Assembly: GCF_026210795.1 (NCBI RefSeq)
Contig: NC_089436.1
Span: 1,302,001-1,366,000 of the forward strand
DNA length: 64,000 nucleotides
Direction of reading: 5' to 3'
DNA from: Rhizophagus irregularis
Taxonomy: Eukaryota
A program made the translations under genes and the position numbers. Shown piece after piece: positions 39,301 through 52,700 of the stretch. The notes under the pieces are model-generated. The model made no database searches, was not told the origin of the DNA, and worked only from the letters and a program-made list of their open reading frames with translations. Positions within the stretch are counted from its first letter, which is position 1; each line of letters begins with the position of its first letter.

Positions 39301-40947
39301 CCCATATATACCCATTTTGATAATACCATATTTATGCAAGACTAATCAAACTTTTATTTTATTTCAATTGTAATAAAATAAATTTGTTGTGATATTTGAG
39401 TTTTTAGGTAAATGTCTTCTCCATCTATTTATGTTTACATTGATACCGAAAAGGTGAATCCTTTAGGCTACTTACATTCTTTGCATAAACAATACTCTTC
39501 ACACCGATTGATCCAGTATTAGTAGCTTTATCGACTAATAAACTTGTTCTTCTGCTGTTAAGTATCGATGCATGGTTATTCTCTCAACTACATTACTGAG
39601 CATAAATTTCTTTCATATTTGATTATTGAAAATTATGGCCTTATAAATAATAATGTTTGAATAAACGAAGGTATCCCAGTAGTACAAAGGAATAGCGGAA
39701 AAGCCCCGATAAAATACTACTACTAGTTAGGGAACATAAGTTATTTATTTAAACTTACAAGGTAAGGAGAATGAGTAACACATTACCTTTAATTGGTTCA
39801 GTCTCAATGTCATAGGCTTACAGACATTTTTAGGATTTGGACAAATCATTTTAAATATTTTAAATGTAATTTATTTCAAATATATTTAAAGCGTAAACAA
39901 ACAAACAAAGTATTTAGTAAAATAATATACAAAAATGAAGATTTTTTTTGCCAATGCTAAATTTCTTATATAGATTTTCAAGACTTCAATTATAAAAATT
40001 TAAATTTTTAGAGACTAAATAGTTCAAAATTCCGCAAATAAAAAGTAAATAAATATTTTTTTTAAAAAAAAAACAAAAATAAAATTTAAAAAAAAAATAT
40101 TTCAGTTCACAAAACTAAAAAAAAACAAACAAACAAACAAATTTCGGTTTAAAAGACCGAATTTTTTTAAAAAAAATAAATACAAACAAAAAAAAATATA
40201 TTTTCTTTATAATTAAATGTAAACAAGTCGTACACATATATAAGTGCATGAGTTCTGCTGAAATTTCTTTAAACCTTAATTAGGGATGTTAAATGGTTTA
40301 ACTCTAACCAGAAGTTAAACCTGATTTGAAACCCGGTTTGAAAAACCTGGGATGAATAAAAAAATGTATAAAACTTTGATAATATTATCATTATTTACAA
40401 AAGAACGCATCTTAGATATGTGAAACTTTATTGATAGGATAGTGGTGACTTCATTTTGGTCTCATGACCCTTGTATTAATTTAAAGTATGCCATTTGATT
40501 TAATTGAATATCTTTATTTATATTTAATAATATTCAAAAACTTTTAGTAAAAATATTAATAAAAAAAAAGTAAATAAGGATTTCTCTTTACTAAACTAAT
40601 AAAAAATAAATTTGTTAAAGCTTAATTGAATTTTGTGTTAAAATCTTAGAAATTCATAATTAGTTACATAACAACACACTAGAACTGAAATATTTACTAG
40701 TACATTACGATGAAATTAAGTTTGTGATTCCTCATATATGATGACAACGAAAAAAAAACGAAGTTAGAAAAAAAAATTCGGTTATAATAATTAGTGTTAT
40801 AATAGGTTAAAAGGATTGGAAAATTCTTTTCTTTTTAATCTATGCCAATTTTTTTTACCATAATTTTATAGCAAAGCCAATTATATATTGTGTTTATAAT
40901 ACTACGTAATACGAATTTATATGAAATTATTTTGTCGAAGCTCTAAA

Positions 40948-41631
40948 TTATTGAAATCTTCTTGTTGCCAGCCCATTTGTATCTTGGTGAGTAATATGTT
41001 CATTGCTTGAAAAATCACTATCATTATAATTTTGATTGTCTGCTGCCATTGATGAAACGGTTTGTGTTATCATTTCATTATTCCCGACGTCATTTGTGTT
41101 TCTATCACAGATCATTCGATAGAAAAGTTTTTGTTTCAAGTTATGTTCAAGATTGAATTTTTGATCTAAAGACAATGATTTTGTATCAAAATTCATTCCA
41201 CACACTTCATTATTCAAAATGTTTTCCACCAATGGGTATGAAAGTAATTTACAAGTAACATGATATCTTATAGAGGGATAACTTGGATGCTGGTAAAAAA
41301 ATTCATGATCATAATGATTATGATCATTAAAAGAATCTTGTAAAATGATTTTACAAATTACAAGATAAAAATTGACATCATTTGGCAAAAAATAATAAAA
41401 CTTTAAATAATTTAATACTCGTTGTTGCATAGTATGCGTTGCTATGTCGAAAGTAGCAAAGTTACATGATGTATTAGACATATCAGTCATATTTCCATGG
41501 GACGTCATTAAAGATTCTTGACTTTGCGTAGTTTGTTGAATTGCAGTAGAAAAATCAAATGATTCACCGGTTTCAATGCCGTTATTATTATAAATAAACG
41601 ATTGTTGTAAATTTTCATCCATATTATTCAT
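40948..41631 (-). CDS. U3: U-family protein, recent duplicate of U1, 227 aa
   Basis: Open ORF; indels relative to U1 preserve the frame. Confidence 0.8.
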   Translation of the reverse strand: MNNMDENLQQSFIYNNNGIETGESFDFSTAIQQTTQSQESLMTSHGNMTDMSNTSCNFATFDIATHTMQQRVLNYLKFYYFLPNDVNFYLVICKIILQDSFNDHNHYDHEFFYQHPSYPSIRYHVTCKLLSYPLVENILNNEVCGMNFDTKSLSLDQKFNLEHNLKQKLFYRMICDRNTNDVGNNEMITQTVSSMAADNQNYNDSDFSSNEHITHQDTNGLATRRFQ

Positions 41632-42923
41632 ATTATATTTATGTGAAACAGCGAATCAGTTACTCTTAAATTATAAATACAGAATTACTACTCGAAGAGT
41701 AGTAATCTATTATGTAAAAATTAAATGGAGAATAAAGAAAAAAAATATCACTATTAGTTCTCCGGGATACGATTTTTTTTGGTGTTTATATATACAATAA
41801 TTTGAAAAAAAATATTTATGAAAAAAAAGGTGACATATTTTCGGTGTAACGAACCGGTGTTAACGGATTATTTACTTACCCGTAATTTTATTATCGATTT
41901 TAGTATAAGTTACTATTTATTCATGCTAAAGATTAATAATAATTTGACGAAAAAAGAATATTATCGCTTTTGTTTTCCCTTTTTTTAGTCTGCTTTTCTA
42001 AGATCTCCCGCTGAAGATAGCGGACTTTTGACATAGAAATGTCTGTCATAGAATACAATAAGTCCTACTATAATTATTGGATGGGTAAAAATATCGAAAT
42101 CCCATCCTATTGAATATTGATTAGGCTATTACACTGGTCGAAGTGAAGAAATGTGCCATACATTACATTTACACGAAAGAAATTTTATACATATGTCACA
42201 ATTCATATTGATTTACAAGTAATTTCAATTAAATCCAATTAAAATGTACATTACTTGTTGTAAATTTCCATTCATATTGTTTTATCGCGCCTGTTTAAAT
42301 GAAATTTTGATAATCATAGGACCAAATAAAAATCTCAAAAAGATGTAATAAAAAAAAAATCTTAAAATGTGTAACGTTGCAAATTTTTACCTCTTACATG
42401 ACATATTCTGAAACCGATAACATTAACTACATGCATATTAATAATATTTACGTTAGACTATACATTTTTGCATTATTAATTACATATTAACTAATTAACT
42501 TTGAACCATGTGAAATTACACATTTTTTTAATATCAAAATGTCCACGAGGTAACTGAAATCGCATGTGAATATTGAATGAACAAGGTTTTTTAAACGATA
42601 CTCAAATAATTTTTAATCGATTTCCAAAAATTTCCAAATTTGACTATTTCAATTGTCAAAAATGACTAAAATTATTTAGTTTATAATTAATAATTGTTCT
42701 TTGATGTTTATTTAATACTTTACCCTTTTTTAGTAGCAAAATATTTAAATTCGGAACGTTTTAATTAATATCCAAGATCTATTTTTTTTTCTTGATAATA
42801 ATCATTGCCATCTAATCTTGATCATATCTTAAAGTTTCGTTTCATATCATAAATATTATTGCAGCACAAAGTTTAAAATTTATTACACACGTTTCGTAAA
42901 TAGCAAAATGCAATATTATATTA

Positions 42924-43292
42924 TTATCCGATGGAAAAGAGTGAATAACATTATTTTTACTTATGGAGGGTAAATGATTGGCTGAAAATAAGCCACGAAG
43001 TGGCTTATTCAGCCAATCATTTTCCTGTAATAAGTAAAAATAATGTAATCATTTTCTATCGGATAAATTTTATATCCGAGAGGCCTCAATGATCATGTAT
43101 AAATAGTTTATTAATAGTCTAACAAAGTATAATCTTATCACTAGCTTATAGAATTGATAATGTATATAAATATAATTTTATTGCGTGTATAAATAATAAT
43201 GAAATAAATTTCATATTTGATATTGCATATAAAATACTATCGGATAACTATAAAATTTTGCTTTACATGATCCTATGGAATATCGGATATAA
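42924..43292. mobile_element. Foldback insertion with a ~143-bp imperfect hairpin (42924-43066)
   Basis: Core AAATGATTGGCTGA-AAATAAGCCAC-GAA-GTGGCTTATT-CAGCCAATCATTT; TATCCGA/TCGGATA motifs at the ends; absent from the paralogous flanks at ~8210 and ~37280. Confidence 0.7.
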
Positions 43293-44579
43293 TATTATAA
43301 GCTTTTTTATGATTTTTCAACTGTCACATTACAAGTTTTCTTTGTTTACTTTTTTTCTTTTGTTGATCAAAAAGGGTGAAAAGAATGAATTTGAAATAAG
43401 TGCATCAAAATTATATTATTGAATTTTTCACTTCGGCATCAAGATAAATAATTAATTACGTAAGCCTATACATATAATATACATGTGATGGCTAGACGTG
43501 AAATTCTGAATCAAGCTAAAATTAGATCCAATCTATTATCTGCATAGCAAGAAAATGTGTTTCATATTATATGTTGCACGTAATTTGATTTTGCGGCCAC
43601 AAGGCTTAGAATAGAGAATGAACGTAAAATAAAATAAAATAAATAAATTTCGTTATCCCACTTAAACTTTCTACGGAAATAATTTGATTCGTGTCAGGTT
43701 TCCATGATTATTTTTGCATATTGTGTTACCAATCATCCCAAGAATAACTTCACGTGAACAAATAAATATCCTGATCCATATTTAATGACCCATGAAAAAG
43801 ATATATGTATGTAATTAAATAATTTCTACAATGGTGAAATTCACTAATTTCGACAGGCAACTTTATATGTAATGTTACATTTTAATAACTGTCAATAAAA
43901 AGAAAATTGAAATTTACCACACGTTTTCGATTAGATTTGATGGTTGACAAATTTGGACTAAAGTTACACTATAATACATTATACAGTAATACTTGGTTAC
44001 CATGAGTCGACATAATATCCACACGATCATATAAAATGCTATAAAAATCATAAATTGAGTTGATCAAATTTTAACAGTTTAGGTATATAATAGGCCTCTC
44101 CAGGCGATATTTGTCTATCGGAAAGTGTGTATTAGCTGAGTTTTCTTTACTTTCACTAATATAAATAAGTTAAATTGGCCAATCAACCCGCTCTAGATAA
44201 TTTCTTATCGATATTTATTTAAGAATGTTCTTGTTAAAAATGCAATATATAAACAATGCTTTAATTTATTCGTCAAATAACTGTCATGACGTGAGTGATA
44301 ATATGATCATTTTTAATTATTTTTATTTTCATTTAACAGGAATATAAAAAGTGATATTATTATTATAATTTCCAATATCAGTAATTGTATGTTTATTTGT
44401 TTTTTAAATTAAGCGACACGATTATCAGGTGATACGACACAATACAACAATTTGACCAAAGATGTGATGTGCACAAAATTTTTTTAGATTTTCTGCAAAT
44501 TAAATTACAGTAATTCATGTATTTGCATGTGGAGAATTAAAAAAATTAGTGAACAATAAAGAAAATATCAAAGAATACG

Positions 44580-44758
44580 TCATTCAGCTTACGTGGACGG
44601 CCTGAATTAGGACTTCACCTGTTTTTCATACTGTTTTTTAAGTCTCATAATAGTTGTATGACTTTACAGCCAACCTTAGCGGCAATTTCTCTTGTTGTAT
44701 GTCCCTTTTCAAGCATCATGATGGCTTGAGCTCTCTGCTGTTCAATAGATAACTGAAC
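44580..44758 (-). mobile_element. Tc1-type transposase N-terminal remnant
   Basis: QLSIEQQRAQAIMMLEKGHTTREIAAKVGC..TTIMRLKKQYE..SGRPRKLND (paired-like HTH + GRPR), frameshifted. Confidence 0.75.
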
Positions 44759-45354
44759 CTTTAAAATAAATAATTATAGTCATACCCTAGGGCCGGTGGC
44801 CGGCCCTTACTAGTAAGAGTATGATATATATTTTTCATCTAAAATAATTTAATTTATCTTGTAATTGGTCTTAAAAGAAAAATTCTTTTTGAATTTATAA
44901 AAAACAACATTTAACAATTTTTTTAAAAAAAAATTTTCGTTTCTAACCAAAATAAAATTCAATAAAATTTATTTCACATGATTAATATTGTAAGGATATT
45001 TCAAATCAAATTTGGTGTCCACTAATAAATCAATTCGTGTAATATATAATATTTTTTTTTAATAAATCAATTCATGTAATATATATTTTAATAAATAAAT
45101 TCATATATTTTTATTTTTAATAATTAAATTCATATAATGTTTTTTAATAATTAAGTTTGTATAATGTTTTTTAATTATAATTTTTTTAATATATAATGCT
45201 TTTTTGTTTATAAATAAATAAATTCATATAATGCTTTTTTTAAAAAAATTCATATAATATTTTAATAAAATTTGGATATATATATATATATTTTTAATAA
45301 AATTTGGATATATATATTTTTTTTAATAAAATTCGGATATATATAGATTAATTC

Positions 45355-45770
45355 ATAGAGTTGCTGCTGTTTGTCTATTAGATAGGTCATCATCTACATT
45401 AATCTTGCGAAAACTGGACCTTAGTCAAATTCATAAAAATTTCCGAATCATGACAAATTGATATCCTAAAGTTATTGTTCTTATTTTTAAGATTGTATTT
45501 CGATCAAATGATGATTCCAAAAATCTTACGATCAGATTGGAGCTTTGCCTATGAGTATTACTAGAAATAATCTACTTGTGATACATATTCAATATAATTT
45601 TTTTTGAATAAATAATATATGGCAGATTCAGGAACAACAAAAGATATTATGCCGAAATTTGTTGAGGTGATACAACAGGTCCAGTAAGTTTCCTCTATGT
45701 AAACGTTCGTAAACGAGAATAGCTGATATTGCCCGAATGAATATCTATAGTCAAAGTACGAACATAAACT
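45355..45770 (-). pseudogene. Degenerate K-family exon 2 relic
   Basis: Patches align with K exon 2, e.g. TTCAGGAACAACAAAAGATATTATGCCGAAATTTG vs 1691-1726. Confidence 0.65.
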
Positions 45771-46740
45771 AGTGATTTACCTACCATTTGTATTCCTGAA
45801 TTCACAATATTTTTTTTTAAATTTGGATATATATATATATATATATTTTTGATTTGGGTTCATTTAAGAACGTTTAAATTATTTCAACTGCTTTTATATA
45901 TTTAACTTCCTTCAATTCCTATTATAATTACTAGTAATCACAAAAATTAGCCTCCTGAACAATGTATACGAATAATAAATATTTCCTTGATATTAATATG
46001 GATAGCTTTGACCTTTTGATCAACCAATTCGTAGATCATGATCAAACCATTGTTCTTTTTTTTTTATTGAGCTAATTAAGAAACTTTATTGATAACAGTT
46101 AATGGAATACAAACAATTAATTAACTAGATTGTATATGCGCGTTCAGTATAAATACCTACTGCAAAAATGCTTAGTTAAAAAAGCTAGCCTATAGAAGTT
46201 AATAAACCTAGAAGACCGCCTGCTCAATTTCTACGGAGGTTAGTAATATAGAGGGAAAAACTCACCCAAAGGGCGAAACAAGGAAGAAGACTATAACTAA
46301 AAAGGAATGAGAGAAAAAAAATTTTAATAAAATACTGTATTCTAAAAATTGGAAAATAATTAAATATAAATCATCTAAAAAAGAAAATTATATCTAAAAT
46401 TCCTATACTAATTCACGTTAAAAACTAAATTACATAATTTCACATCATAATTATTTGATACACTAAAAAGTCTATAAACAAGGTCATAATCCCACCCAAC
46501 CAGTATAAGCCCTTCGGTTATTAAACTTTCCATAGGTCAAGCGTAGACGTCCCCAAGTCTTAATACTTTTAACCATTGAATAGTTGCGAAATATCAAAAA
46601 AGTAAAAAAAAAAAAGGCAGTTCGGCCAACATTTATTGATTTTTTCAATCCGCAATCAATCTGCATACAAGTTCTTGCTTTCGATTTCCAATTTCAGTTG
46701 ATCACGTGATGACGTTATGTAAAATAATCTTCCCCAGTAT

Positions 46741-46930
46741 CACCGACATTTTTTCCACCCCCACGTGATTTTGTAATATTCATCACCGGCAGCACACCCA
46801 CCGCGTTTTCACTGTTTATATTTATCTGAGGGACAATTTTTTTTTTGCCTCACAAAATTATTTTTTTCACATCCTTTAAATGTCACCGGTCACGTGGGGT
46901 GGAATTTTAATAATAAAATTGTTGGTGTTA
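46741..46930. repeat. Short inverted-repeat (MITE-like) element
   Basis: TTCCACCCCCACGTGA (46753-46768) vs TCACGTGGGGTGGAA (46890-46904). Confidence 0.4.
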
Positions 46931-47955
46931 ATCCGTGTTATAACGGGACATGTAAAATATCCAATTTTCAAGAACGAAAGCAACGAAGAAAAAAGGTGAA
47001 GGTGAGAGATACGGTATATTCAAAATATTAAAAAAAAATTTCTAATATCGCTATAAAATAGCAAAAACAAATAGATAACCAAATATCTATTCATAACAAA
47101 GGTTTTCTTTCCATAAAACTCATTAAAAGGCCTTTTAGGTTTTCGAAGAAATTTTTCAACAAATAATAGTATGAAGGCAGAGTAACTCCATTTATCTTCG
47201 GGCACTAGTGACTGCCTACACCTTGGGTGACGAGTCCAAGGAGTAGTAAGTGTTTCCTTTCTGTATTTCAAATTAATAAACAGTCAAGAGCTGAAAGATG
47301 TTTAACAGGTACTGCGCCATACTAAGGGTAACGAGGGCAAGAGGAAAGAGTTTTTTGATCAAACCATTGTTCGTAATATGCTCCTCATACTTAGCGCATA
47401 AGAGCTAACCAATTTCTCCTTCCTTTCCGGGATAGCCAATTAGTATAACAACCAATCACAAGAAATATCACTATTAAAATGAAGATCACCTGATATCGTT
47501 AACTATATAGTGCGATCTGTATATAGTGTCAAATAAATCATAAGAAACATTATTTCCCACTTCTTTTTTACATTTATCATACTGTATATAACCCGACACA
47601 ATTTTCGTTTCCTATTTTTTAAAACGATAGTTTGACGCGAATATTATTTAATATTTGTTTGAAATTTTATTTACATATTGATTTTTTTTTAGAAACAAAT
47701 TGGCAACTATTCTTTATCATGTGCAACAAATTATTTATTATTTTGCATTACTTCACCCTTTTTTTAAAAACCTGTATATTTGCTTGTTGATCGGATGATT
47801 TTTCCGGCTCCCCCCCTAAATAAATTAAAGGGATTTGTTTTTACCCTATTATAAGCAAATTACGTAATGTGATCGCCAAGAAATGGTTTTTTTTATAAGA
47901 ACCCATTGATTTTTTAAAAAAAACACTGATTTTTAAATCATAGTGTTTTTTTTAA

Positions 47956-49750
47956 ATGGATTATAATCCCGAATCTTCGTTTCGTTCACTGAGCCCTTCT
48001 AGGTCTCAAGATGAATCTCATTCTTATGGTAATTGTTCAGAATGTAAACAAAAACGAACTGCAGTAGCATGGTGTAAAAATTGCGATATAGCGATTTTGA
48101 AAGAAAATTTTTGTAACTGGACCAGCGGAAATTCTATAATTGATAAATTTATAAGGGATACTCAATTAAGTGCTAATGAAAATATAGACCACCTCGAATG
48201 GATTGAATTTGATCAATTTGATTTAGTTGAGAATATTAATAAGCGAGGTGCCTTTAGTTCAATTTATTCGGCAGTTTAGATGGAAGGTCCAAGATGGAAT
48301 TTAGATGAAGAAGCCGAAGTATGGAATCGTAATGGCCCAATTAAGGTTATATTGAAACGTTTGGATAATTCTCAAAATATGAGTCAAGAATTTATAAATC
48401 AAGTAAGTACATAAAATAAAAGTATCTTATTAACGAATTTTGAGATTGTTCTGCTATCAATCTCAAATTGATTATATATTCAAATGTCTAGAAATAAATT
48501 ATAAATTATGCATTAATTGCCCCATAAAATTCTACCTGGATGGGATATTAATTTTATCCTTTGAAGCTTATCATTATTGTTTAATAAACTATGATAAGCT
48601 CATGAATTAAATTGATATCCCACCATTGGTGAATGAACTTAATAAAATTAGATGATTAAGTCCTTTCATAGAATGTATAAATTATTAATGCATAATTGGT
48701 ATAGCCAGAATAACAAACACTGGATATAAACATTACTCCGGATCTTCAGTAGATCAAATATAAACAATTATGCGAGTAATGCGACGTTAAAACCTAGATG
48801 CATTTAATTAATCTATTTATATTACAAACAATAGAATATATATTAATATTATGTTTTTTTTTGTTTTTTTTCTCTGCTTTTTTTTAAAAAAAAATTTATA
48901 ATTTACTCAAAAAAAGTTATGCAAATACCACAAATGTTTACAAAATGGAGCACTTGCGGATTGTTTTGGTATAACAAAAGATCCAACTTCGTGTTATATG
49001 TTCGTTATAAGATATTACAAAAATGGAAATTTATATTCGTATCTCGATGAAACTATGGGAATTCTCCGCTGGAGAGATATTGTAGATATGTTGTGGTCAA
49101 TCTCTGAGGGACTTCATGTTATTCATGAGTATAATCTCGTTCATGGGCATTTACATGGAGGAAATGTATTAGTTGAAAACGAAATGGACTCAATTGATAC
49201 TAAAATCACGGATACTGGATTACACGGGCCTTTTGATAAACAAATACCACTACAACACGTGTATGGCGTGATACCTTTTGTTGCGCCAGAGGTCTTTAAT
49301 GGAAATACACTAACTAAAGAATCTGATATCTATAGCTTTGGCATGATCATGTGGATGTTATCAGCTGGCGTACGTCCTTATCACGATAAATCTCATGATT
49401 CACAACTTATACAAGAAATCTACTCAGGATTAAGACCAAATGTTATTAGTGGAACTCCACCCGTTTTCGCTAGATTAATGTTACAATGTTTAGATGCTGA
49501 TCCATCGAATAGACCAACAGCATCTCAACTTTGTGAGTATTTAGGAAATTGGACAGCAATCTGTGACGATACTGATCCATCAGATTTATCTAATCAATTT
49601 GATCTTGCAGAAGAAATTAAATTCGCAGATTTAGATAAGTTAAAGTTTAATATTGCACCATGTCATGAAAATGCTATTTATTTTAGTCGCCCATTAGATT
49701 CTACTATTAATAGTGAATCTTCTACGCAATTTTTCAGTGGAAAAATGTAA
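47956..49750 (+). pseudogene. K5: full-length K gene (exons 47956-48402, 48917-49750; ~426 aa if read through) with one in-frame TAG at a conserved Trp
   Basis: GTT TAG ATG GAA GGT at 48274-48288, where the paralogs encode [VI]WMEG; rest of the frame and both splice sites intact; 514-nt intron. Confidence 0.8.
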
Positions 49751-52700
49751 ATGCATAAATGTTGTCACTAATTTTAATCGAGTATACCCATTTATTCATT
49801 TAATAATAAGTAATAATTTAATTTCGTATATTTCACGTAGCATTGAAAATTTAAAAATTAATATGATATGTGAATTCGTCAAATTCATTAGTTTTAAATT
49901 CGATTCGTTACCAAACTCTTTTTTTTCGAAATCACAAATTTGTTTATATAGTAACTATCCCTTTGGTGCCATTTTACTAAGATTTTATAAGTTTTTTTTT
50001 ATTTATGCAAAATATATGATATATATGATAATAAATTATGTTTAAAATAATATTTAAAAAATGGATATAATATTTTTTCGTATGTGCGATATATCGCCCC
50101 CCTTTTGGCAAGTTTTATATAAATTTTCTAATTCTCAATTTTTTTTTTATTTTTTTACATTTTTGGCGCAAACCTTTATGTACCTATTGTAGGACTTTTA
50201 AAAACCACATAGTATGCGTATTTTTGCCTGCTTTACAATTTTATTTAGTATATCAAAAAGGGTTTAAATACTGTTTTTGACTTTGATATGGGATGCGATA
50301 TTTCACGGGTGCGATAAAAAACAAACCCGTTTAAAAATATATATAACAATCACCATGCATATAACACCCAATTTTTTTTACTATGATCGATATAATAAAT
50401 TGAGCATTGAACATATAGTATATATATGTATATCAAAATTTAAATGATTTTTTTTTTATTGCAGTATAGTCATGTTTAGGCTGAAGACTTACGAGTACGT
50501 AAGTTGGAACCACCATCCAATTTAAGACAATTCACAACACTCAAGCAACCCCTAACAAAGCTCAGGTAGGTCTTATTTCATACCGTCACAGACTTGACGA
50601 ACTCTTCCCTAAAGTAACTACATAAGGTTAAACCAGGCTTCTATATTTTGAAACCCCACCCAGCCATTACAGATTACTTAAATAGAGGATTACATGATGC
50701 AACGGACTACCATCTAGATACCCTTCCATAACCCGATATTAGGTATGTAAGCTCACTTAAAGGCCATTACAGCCCACGATTCTTACACACCAGAGCTACA
50801 GTTGTATTATCCCCCAGTAGTATGGCAAGTGAATCTGCATCAAATGATCGTACCATCATGCGAGTGACTACTAGGACAGGAAGACAGCAGAGGGTGCAGG
50901 ATCATCTTACCAAAAGGTTAACCTTACCCCAAGAATCACCAGCACGTTTGGTTAAAATGAATTAACTGGTTAAAATTAACGATCTTTGAATTATAATTCC
51001 GGCCAAAATTTTCTTAATTCTGGCCAAATTCGTAATGCAGGCCTAAAATCGGTTAAAATTGAAAATTTTAGGTCAAATGTAATGACGCATTTGTACAAAA
51101 TAATCCTCAAACTAAATATGGAAAATAAAACTTCTTGTTGGCCTCTAAGTATTTATATAAAAATTTTTCAAATGCTTTTTTTTTTAAGTTAGAACTTAAT
51201 TAGAAGTTGGTGTTTTTTTTCCCCATTAAAATAAAAAGTAATGTGAAAAACTTAAAATTTGTCAAATATAGTGAGCAATATAAGTTTTTAAATTAAAAAA
51301 AAAAATATTTTATGACATTGTATAATAAAAAACAAAATAAAACATACAAATTTAAGCAAATTTTCAAATACAATTCAAAAATCCCTTTTTTTTATTTTAT
51401 TTGTATAATTGTATTGTAAAATTTTAACTATTTTGGTAGTTTTTAATTGTTAAATAACCTATTTATTAAATATGAAGAATAAAAAAATATTAAAATAGAA
51501 ATAAAGTTAAAAATAAATATTTCGTAGTTTTATTTAGTTAAAATAAATTAATTATTCAAAAATAACTATAGTAACATTATTTCATTCTTGTTTTCTATAA
51601 TAAATGAAATTTTGTCATTATTTCATATTGAAAAACAGAAAAATTTTGGTAGATTCAATAATAACTAAAAATCCAGTTGGATAACCGGCTTTATTACCTT
51701 AGTAAAAGTGTTTTTTTTTAAAAAAAATTATGACTAAAAACGATATATTTACTATTAGTTAAATATTTCTCTTTAAAGTTTTATTGATGCAAAAAAGCTC
51801 TTTTTTACCAAAAAACCAGTTTTTTCGTGTTTATACGAAACCTACTTAAAACCCGCCTTTACAACCTTAGAAAATTTTCTCCCCGTGAAAATTACATGTA
51901 TTTTCGTTGTTAGAATTATTTATTTGTCCATACTTTTAAAAGGATCAATGGTTAATTATAAAATGAAAATGCTCTGCATGTTACATCATGCACAGTGATT
52001 GATAAGAAACGAATTCGTGCTATAAAAAATGGTGCTTGTCTTTGGGTAGTGTAAGGGTTAGTTTGCATAGATCCGACAGCTAACAAGAGGGCATGATTTT
52101 TAAGCCCACTTATAAATATTCTGTTATGCAAACTGAATATTATCTTCGCCCTTCTTGACTTTCACCCTTTTTTTGTCGAATTGGTCAAAAAGAGTCACCA
52201 ATTTTTTATAGTGAATTAATTTTTTGAGGGACCCTCCCTGTCTTGTTTTTCATTGTTTTATGTGATACGCTATTTAATTAGTATTTATATTATTGGAATT
52301 TCAACTCCAAATAGGAAACTTTATTTGTAATAATTGCATTATTATTACTTACATATTAAGAAACAAAATAAAACGGATATCAAATACTAGTAAGTTTAGA
52401 ATTTTTTTTTTAGTCATTGCATATTACGTAAGTTATCACTTCCAAATCAGCAACGCTATTAGTATTGTTGTATAATTGGGTGTTCCTTTTTTTTTCTTTG
52501 AGTAAAAGAAACAAAGAAAAAATACTTTTCAAGCAAATATAACAAATCAAATTTTTTCTAAATATTAAAGTACTTTTTAAACAATACATGTAATAATACA
52601 AACGTAAAAATTATTAATTAAAACCTATATCATTACTAAATTTGAAAATTTTCATTTAATTAATGTATTATTACTTTAATATTATCCTACATTAAAAATG

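Noticed and set aside
23299..48279. RIP-like mutation or stop-codon reassignment as the cause of the premature stops
   Set aside because: Only three events in K/U genes, of three different stop types; recent duplicates K1 and K4 remain open, and the 23-kb copy also has a frameshift.
50060..50335. Possible MULE-like MITE with ATATCGC/GCGATAT ends
   Set aside because: TIRs too degenerate and TSD ambiguous in A/T runs.
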